Part shown: positions 56,590-64,000 of the stretch, one piece after another | Layout: each line of letters opens with the position of its first letter | How positions within the stretch are numbered: the stretch's first letter is position 1 | Source of the DNA: Eledone cirrhosa | Lineage: Eukaryota | Length of the DNA: 64,000 bases | NCBI GenBank assembly: GCA_964016885.1 | Contig: OZ024743.1 | Span: 103,602,001-103,666,000 of the forward strand | Reading direction: 5' to 3' | Translations under genes and position numbers: made by a program | The notes under the pieces: model-generated | The model's database searches: none | What the model saw: only the letters and a program-made list of their open reading frames with translations | Told to the model about the DNA's origin: nothing

Positions 56590-57250
56590 AGAGGATGTGT
56601 CCAAGATGCACGCAGGACATTGAAACCGTCCTGCATGCAATTGTACATTTCCCGGGCGTAACCGACCTGTGGAACTACGCGGAACAACTGCTGTCGCGTA
56701 TGGGACAAATCCAGTTGACTGCCGAGTCCATAGTAAGGATCAACCAGCCAGCCTCTTTCAAAAACGAAAGAGAGGCGGTTTTCCTCTGTACAGTGGCTAT
56801 GGTGAAAGAGGTTATATGGTGGACGCGATTGAGATGACTGAGGACAGATGCCTTTCTCTCCGGACAACAATTGATTCCCTTCTTTAAGTATCACTTTAGT
56901 AGGAGAATCAGAGTGGAGAAAGAGGCACTGCACCCCAGTAAATTTACTGAAAGGGGGATGAATGAAGCGAAAATGTCCCGAGTGATTGGGCCTTCTCTGT
57001 TTATAAGCCTGTAGGTTAAAGAAGAGAGCAAAAGGAAGAAGGGAGCAATTTCACAACACGCTCCTGAAGTTGAGGGTTGTTCTATCGACGGGGTATTAAA
57101 CAACCCATTTGTGGCGCCTCCCCCCTATATGGGATTTCGATTGTTATAATTGTTTGTTTCAATATTTTTACACGACTGTATGTAAAATCCCCGGTATATG
57201 TCTTTGTATTGTCCCCTTTTCTTGTGCGCCCTTGTGGCAAATAAAGAAAT
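56590..57250 (+). mobile_element. L1/Tx1-like LINE 3' fragment
   Basis: CPRC...ETVLHAIVH(F)P...LW is a decayed CCHC knuckle of the type that follows RT in L1/Tx1 elements. Ends at AATAAAGAAA next to (TA)n. Confidence 0.6.
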
Positions 57251-58274
57251 ATATATATTACTTACTTCTACACCACTCTATATAAAATAAAGATTTCTTT
57301 TAGTTCTTTTAGCTTTCCACATTTACCTCAAACTAATTAACCACTTAATCTACTTTCCTTTTAAAGAATCGAATGCATTCCACCTCTAGCTGTTTCGATA
57401 TTTATTATGCTACATATACTAGACATTCACATGTTTGTTATTCGATTACACGCTCTACTCTAATAAACGTTGCATTTTTTGTGGTGGATATTTCTATTCT
57501 TTGGATTGTAACCATATAAACTATGTGTATTTTACTTTCTTGCTTAATAATTTACAGTTGGAAACAAAGATTATATCGCGTCAACGTAGTCAAAAGTTTG
57601 TGCTGTTATTTTCAATTAATACATATACTAAACTAGAAAATTAGACACCGCGACGCAGTGAGTAGTGTGACGCCTCTACCATTCGCAAAAGGACGCAACA
57701 TTGTTTACGCTGCAATTTGTGTTGATAATTTAGTGTTTAGGTACCTTTCAACATTATTTTACATGACGAATTCAGCAGAAAGTAATAATCTAAAGAAGAA
57801 TCCGGTGACCTTAGTTGTAAACCAAGAATTAAAACAGGAAATTAAAATCTGGTGCTTTGGTGACAAGAATTATGAAAATTACGATGTTAAAAAAGCAAAT
57901 ATTTTCGTAGCTTAGAAACGCTTTCGACATACGTTTTATAATGATTAAACTGATAGCATTTTCTTTAAAACTTCATGTTAATGCAAATTCTTAATCGTCA
58001 TCTGTTGATGTAAAGAAACTTATGTTGAGATACGGCAATGATAAAATCGCTATGGAATGGATGATGAAATTACCCATGGGCAAGCAGACAGTGTATCAAT
58101 TGAGGAAATCAAGCCATTGAGGATTGCGTTAATTTTCCAAATTGTATTGGATTTCAGTAATTCGAAATACATACTAATCTTAAATTAAAGGAACAGTTTT
58201 CGGCATTCGATTGCGTGAACGGAGATTGCATGTATCTGATTAGGTTTGTAGTGGTGATGAGACACAGAAATCGG

Positions 58275-58472
58275 CGAGATGATAGTCGGAAGGTGCGAGA
58301 TCTGGGCTGTAGGCAGAGTGTTCCAGCACCTCAAAACCCAATTGGTTAATGGTTTCAGCGGTCTGGTCGGCTGTATGTGGTCATGCATTGTCATGCAGCA
58401 ACAAAACGTTCTTTGGCAATAGGCTTCGGCGTTTTGGTGCAAAATTGCTGGCTTCAGATTGTTGGACAACAA
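58275..58472 (-). mobile_element. Mariner transposase fragment (catalytic C-terminal part)
   Basis: Minus-strand frame reads VLLLHDNA*PH...LGFEVLEHSAYSPDLAPSDYHL. Confidence 0.82.
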
Positions 58473-59934
58473 AGCATGTTCTTTATGAAGGTGTGGTGGT
58501 GAAGGTGGAGGTGGGGTTCAACAGAGTGGAATTATAGGGTTGAATTCATTTGGTAAAAAATAGAAAATCTTCTTACCATTCATATTAATGGACCAGATGG
58601 CATTTTAAATGTGTGTGTAGAGGGGTATATTCATGTGTGATTCAATTGTGTCGAAGGTCAGTATCTGAAACTGAAGAAAGTTAGGAGTGGATATAGAATT
58701 GATTTTTTGTTTTGTGGTATGGTTTAGAAGGATGTGTGTAACTTAATTTTCCGTGAGCTGCATTTGTCTGATAAGTGAGGTCGTTTTAATTATGTATATG
58801 TATGTCATAGCTTCATACCGTAAATACTGAGTTCCCCCGTTAACATGGCATAAATGTCGCTTTGTAGGATCGGTTGTTATGGCATTTAGTTGTGTTCGTG
58901 TATGGTTGCAGTAGATTCATGTATGTTTAATAGGGGATTAACGGTCTTATATATATATGAGAGAGAGAGGGAGAGAGCGATAGAGAGATTACCTACCGAG
59001 AGGAACTTTGATAATTTGCGGGTCAATAGGCCTAAATAAACCAAATATTACCAAAAGACCTGAGCTACGTGGAGCGGACTGACTATTGTAACCAGTCTAT
59101 TCATGCCACATTTAATGAGAACTGATGTGAACTGTCCTTATATATATGTATGCGCGCGTGTGTGTGTATGTGTGTGTGTGTGTGCATTTGTGTGTGCGTG
59201 TCTGTGTGTGTGTATCTGTGTCTCTGCGTATTTGAATATTAAGTTAATTTCAACTTAACAAGCTTAACGCACGTTCTTCGATTATGCAGTATAGTCCAGC
59301 AAACTGAGCACATAAAGCCACAGTATCTGGCATTTGTGGGTTCGAATCCCATGGTTGACGCTGACCACCTTCTTCCGTCTCTATGAACCTACATGCCCAA
59401 CCATTTAGACCCCCTTCATAGTCAAAAATACACCCGCTGAAACTGACAACTCTTGGTCAACTTACTATTCAAATATACACACACACACACTATGTGTGTG
59501 TGTGTGTGTGTACACGAGTAGCAATGTATGAATTCGATGTTTTTTTTATAAGAATTAATGATCCAGCACACCTCTTTATTTCCAATAGAATGGTGGTTAT
59601 CTGTGTCAAGAGTCCACGTATATTGTTAAGGTTTGCAGATAAAACAAAAATACAAATATAGATATAAACATGGTTGAAAGGGGTCCTTTGGGGAGGGGGT
59701 TTACATTTGTCAAATCAGAAGTTTCTAGAAGATTTGATAGATAAATCCTACTAAAAACGGTTTTTAGTGGAGGTTTCTTTTATCTTATGGTGCGTGTGTA
59801 TGTGTGTGTGTGTGTAGTTGCACATGAATAGGTTTGCTTATAGCTGTATGTAATTTGGTTATTCCCATCTATAGAGCATTATTTATTATCTAATGGGGAC
59901 AATTACATATTTAATTATGGTTTATATCTCCTAA

Positions 59935-60869
59935 CTAGCAGTAAAGCCCGGCGTTGCTCGGGGTCGCTCAGTAGCTATGTTAAAGTTACAATGTTAAGTT
60001 TCTTTCTTGGCTTAAAAACTGTAGTGTCTACTGTGCAGACTTGCATGTGGTGTTTTTGATTAATATTCCCTCAACCAACAATATGCCTTATGAAGTTAAG
60101 AAAACATAACGATAACCCGAATGTTATAACAAAAGAGGATGTTGGGGATAGAAACTGCACTGGTTATTTATTAACAAAGATCGAAAATGTAAACACTGCA
60201 ACGCAGAGAAAAACATTAGCGTAACCAAATTATCAGTTATGTCTGTCTGCACGCCTATATCACCTCTCTGCACGACTGTCTGTCTGCACGCCTATATCAC
60301 CTCTCTGCACGACTGTCTGTCTGCACGCCTATATCACCTCTCTGCACGACTGTCTGTCTGCACGCCTATATCACCTCTCTGCACGACTGTCTGTCTGCAC
60401 GCGTATATCACCTCTCTGCACGACTGTCTGTCTGCACGCCTAACGACGAAATATTTGCTTGTTTTACGTAGTCTTTAAATAGACTTGTTTTCAAGTAAAA
60501 ATATTGTTTTAAAATGCTTTTAAATGGAAATGAAGCAAAACGGAAGCTTAGTGTTCGAACTGATGAATTTTGCAGGTCAATATTTTGCTGGCTCGACAAC
60601 TGTTAAAGCCAGCGTAATTTTTTACGTAAGACGCTCAATGTAAACAGAACAAAGGGAAATAACTGATAACTTACGCTAAAAAATCGATACATTATATTCG
60701 ATTTCGTCACATAGGGTGGGTCAATTTGAAATTTTTTTTTTCCGATGTCTTCGCTAGGGCTCAATGTACAAGTATAGCAATTTCGGTGCAATTCCGTGAG
60801 AGATTCTAAGAGGAGATGTGTGCCAAAAATCGATAGACAGACAGACTACCACAGTTTTATATATATAGA
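59935..60869 (-). mobile_element. Complete non-autonomous Helitron (~935 bp) carrying a minisatellite
   Basis: Minus strand starts A|TCTATATATATAAAACTGTGG and ends with hairpin CCCG-AGCAACGC-CGGG then TTTACTGCTAG|T. Inserted at an AT site with no TSD. Confidence 0.85.
60241..60441 (+). repeat. 37-bp minisatellite, ~5.4 copies
   Basis: Unit GTCTGTCTGCACGCCTATATCACCTCTCTGCACGACT, with one substitution across the copies. Confidence 0.95.
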
Positions 60870-60938
60870 TGAATTGCTTTTTCTTTATTTATTTTATTCC
60901 TTGGTGTTGAGTTAAAGAGTCTGAGCTCTTGTACATAC

Positions 60939-60983
<45 letters not shown>

Positions 60984-61066
60984 CGTGCGCACGTATGTAA
61001 TATATTTCAATATACTTCAGATATAAACGACTTCTACAGACCTCGAAAGGTTTCATTCGTTTAAAC

Positions 61067-62501
61067 CAGGATTTCTCAACCTGGACGATGTCAACTGGGC
61101 GATGATCAAAAGAAAAAAAAGAAAAAAATAGTGGTAAATGGACATGTTGGTGGGTGATATAGGATTTTGAGTATTAAGAAGGTATTTCAACATATGCTAC
61201 TTGAAGCAATATTCAAAGGGGATATGCAAAGAACCTGTATAAAAAAAAAAGGAGGCTAAACGGGAATAACTGGACCACATTCATAGATAAGATATAAATA
61301 TTCCCGTAAACAAGAAATATTTTGGAATATTCTATAGTTTTTACAAGGGTCATTAATATTCAAATAGTTCTTCGGACGAAATAACATTTGGGGGGTGAAA
61401 TAAATTAGATAAGGGAAGATCAAGAACAACTTTGTAAGTAAAATTAAGAAATGACCTCAGGATAAATTCTCTAGTGTTGCCAGCACCGAGAGATCACACA
61501 TAAAATTGACACAGGCTATGACTTCTGAACCTCTGATGACAGGCCCTAGACAAGGAGGCGCGGATGACAATTCCAAACAAAATATGACAATCCCAAGATA
61601 GGAACTGTTCACAACTCCATGTATGTTCTCATATATACAGACAGCAACTTGAAGTTGTTGGATTGTATTGCTCACCAAGTGATCGCAACGCTCTTATGTT
61701 CTCGTATGATGGTGTATATTCATTTTTTTAATGAAGATATTCAATCTTGTGAGATGTTTTTTCCTGATCAATTATTGCTTGACTCAAAAGGTACATCTAT
61801 TTAGGATTTATTGAAGTTATTTTTAATGAACATGACATCGTATTGAACAATGCTGTTGCTTGTGCATCTGATGGATCGTCTGCAACGACAGGTAGAAACA
61901 GAGATTCCTCTTCTCTCTTTAAGCTTCAACTTTCGCATCCTGTTTTAACAGTTCATTGTGTGGATCAATAGCAGCATTTAGTGGCAAAAAAATATCAACG
62001 GCAGGCTAATTAGTTATTAAAACTGTGAGCAAGCTAAAATCGAATTATTTTTCGGAACGAATTTTCCGTCAAATGTGCCTTGATAATGATGTGAGGCTTT
62101 TGTACCATACTGAAGCACGATACTTGTCAAAATGCAACTGTGCTGTCCGTTTTGGCGAACTATTTGATATAATAATCATTTTTTTTTTTAAAGCACTCCA
62201 CTATCCACTTCTCTGATTGCTTCAAAATGTGATATTTTTTCCTTGGCGACATATTTGGTCATATATAAACTACAGTTATAAATAGTCAAGTTTGCTTTCA
62301 ATTGTTCTTTAATGCGGTATTAGTACCCGCAACTCTCGTATGTCAGCGTTATTTGTTACCTTTGTTATTTTTTTACTACATCATAAAAGGTCAGTTTACG
62401 AAACAGTAATAAATATTTACCAAACATTTTTGGTACGCTTTTGAATATTTACTATACAGGTGGGTAGTGGATGATGACGCAAAAAGGGTTGGGAACCACT
62501 G
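61067..62501 (+). mobile_element. hAT (Charlie/Buster-like) transposon, internally deleted, 8-bp TSD GTTTAAAC
   Basis: TIRs CAGGATTTCTCAACC and GGTTGGGAACCACTG. TSD at 61059-61066 and 62502-62509. Transposase remnants ACASDGSSATTG, TVHC and RLLYHTEARYLSK. Confidence 0.88.
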
Positions 62502-63109
62502 GTTTAAACCCATCGATAAATTCCTCTCTGGAAGTATCTACCTTCTCTACTTAAAATAATAGGTACCTTATATAAATCTGACCTTTTTCTGTCCCATACG
62601 GAAAATAACTACGTACCGAAACCAGGAGGACCTCCAGCAGTAAAATGATGAGAAGGGACTATCCTGTGTATCGTCCGTTTTTCCGTTTTCGTCCACCATG
62701 TTTTATTCATTGTGTATTATCTTAGCTACGAGGGACATTTTTCAGTTTTATATCTACTTAAACGTTACGCTATTTTCGTTCTCTATTCTCTTCTCTCTTT
62801 CCTTTTCTCACTTTACTTTCTGTGCATACTATCGCTTCTTAGCTAATATGTTGGCTTTTGTTTCTATCTCTTCATTCCAATTGTACCACATTGGTTTGTA
62901 GCAAATGTTATTTTATTTGTAAATAGTCGAAAGATCCATCATCCTGCCTTGTGTCCATGTGTTACTGTCACGTGTGCACTGAAGCTAATAGAAGTCGACT
63001 GATATGAAGGGACTGTCCTGTGTTTCGTTCGTTTTATTTGCCCATATTCTTTTATTCGTTTTGTATACTCTGAAGACGCCTAAAGTCTCGACGGCGACCG
63101 GTACGAAGA

Positions 63110-63395
63110 GAAAGCCCCCGGAATTTGCTTGTCTTCCTATCCACTGCATTTTGGGCCGCAGTACCGGGGTTTGTGACCGAAGCGACTAAGTTGGAGGAAG
63201 AGAACGTGTCACAGCATGTGGCATCCCAGATGAGGTGTTTAATTAATTCGAATGGGAAGAGGGTAATTCCATCGAGGTGCTTGTCGTCTCCGCAGTTGAG
63301 GCCTGCTGGCTCCAATTGTAATGGGAAGCCATCTTCATCCAAGCTCCTTCTCAATATGTCGTTGAGAGCGGCATGTTGGGGGAACCGGTCTACAG
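63110..63395 (-). mobile_element. CRE-like non-LTR retrotransposon fragment (restriction-like endonuclease region)
   Basis: HAALNDILRRSL...LEPAGL..GDDKHLDGITLFP...LIWDATCCDT resembles the RH...KRPDG...WD RLE signature. Confidence 0.65.
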
Positions 63396-64000
63396 TGATC
63401 TATGAAAATATTATCAAAATAATTATTTCTAATTTAGGCACAAGGCCAGACATTTCTGGTAAAGGAAAGTCAATTATACCGACTCTAGTACTTGGCTAGT
63501 ACTGCTTTTATGGATTCCTGGAGCAAAGTTGATCTCAGAAAGTAAAGGCCACAGTTCTTGACTAGTACGCTATTTCATCAGCTCAGTAAGGATGAAATTC
63601 AAAATTGACCTCGGCGTGATTTGAAATCAGAATGTAAAGAACAGGAATAGAAACTGCTAAACATTTGCTCGAGGCTCTATCGACTCTATCAATCCTCCGA
63701 TTTATATAAAAAGGAATAACGAAAAAGACGCTATGGTGTATTTATATTATATATCATTATCATGTCTTTTTTTATCAAGCATATCCGAACGTGAGATAAT
63801 TTGATGACTCAGTTTTAAATAAGTTGGATACGTGAGTGACAACATATCTTAATTAGATATTGTAGAAGAAGCGACATATTTAACTACATTTGAAAGTGTG
63901 AAAATTCTATATCGGAAATTTTATTGATTATATCTAAAAAAAAAAAAACCTTTCAACTGTTACATTAATTTATTTATTTCGCAATATTTAAATCTAAACA

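Noticed and set aside
59285-59360. B-box GGTTCGAATCC suggesting a tRNA
   Set aside because: There is no convincing acceptor or anticodon stem, so it is likely an old SINE head.
60241-60441. 37-bp repeats resembling a CRISPR array
   Set aside because: The units are directly adjacent with no unique spacers, there are no cas genes, and the context is a eukaryotic Helitron.

Overview
Repeat-saturated, AT-rich eukaryotic DNA, most likely from an octopus or other cephalopod (inferred from the SINE and RTE-LINE families and the very dense (TA)n/(CA)n/(GA)n microsatellites). No intact host gene can be supported, and most ORF-track entries are microsatellite translations. Identifiable content: a decayed RepHel Helitron (~1.4-6.9 kb) plus non-autonomous Helitrons, mariner/Tc1 and hAT relics, a 5'-truncated but open RTE-clade LINE ORF ending in three C2H2 fingers (13.3-15.5 kb), a decayed near-full-length RTE LINE with a PHD-like insert, L1/Tx1-like and CRE-like fragments, about 10 tRNA-type SINEs and a 200-N gap. 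The most striking feature is a population of Penelope-like element (PLE) 3' ends from several families sitting in (TA)n tracts. Many carry readable type I hammerhead ribozymes, including recurrent core variants. Many form asymmetric fold-backs (an inverted arm plus an unpaired 45-80 nt tail), sometimes turning inside the hammerhead stem II, and tails from different families share a covarying bulged hairpin. All structure calls were read by eye and need computational confirmation.
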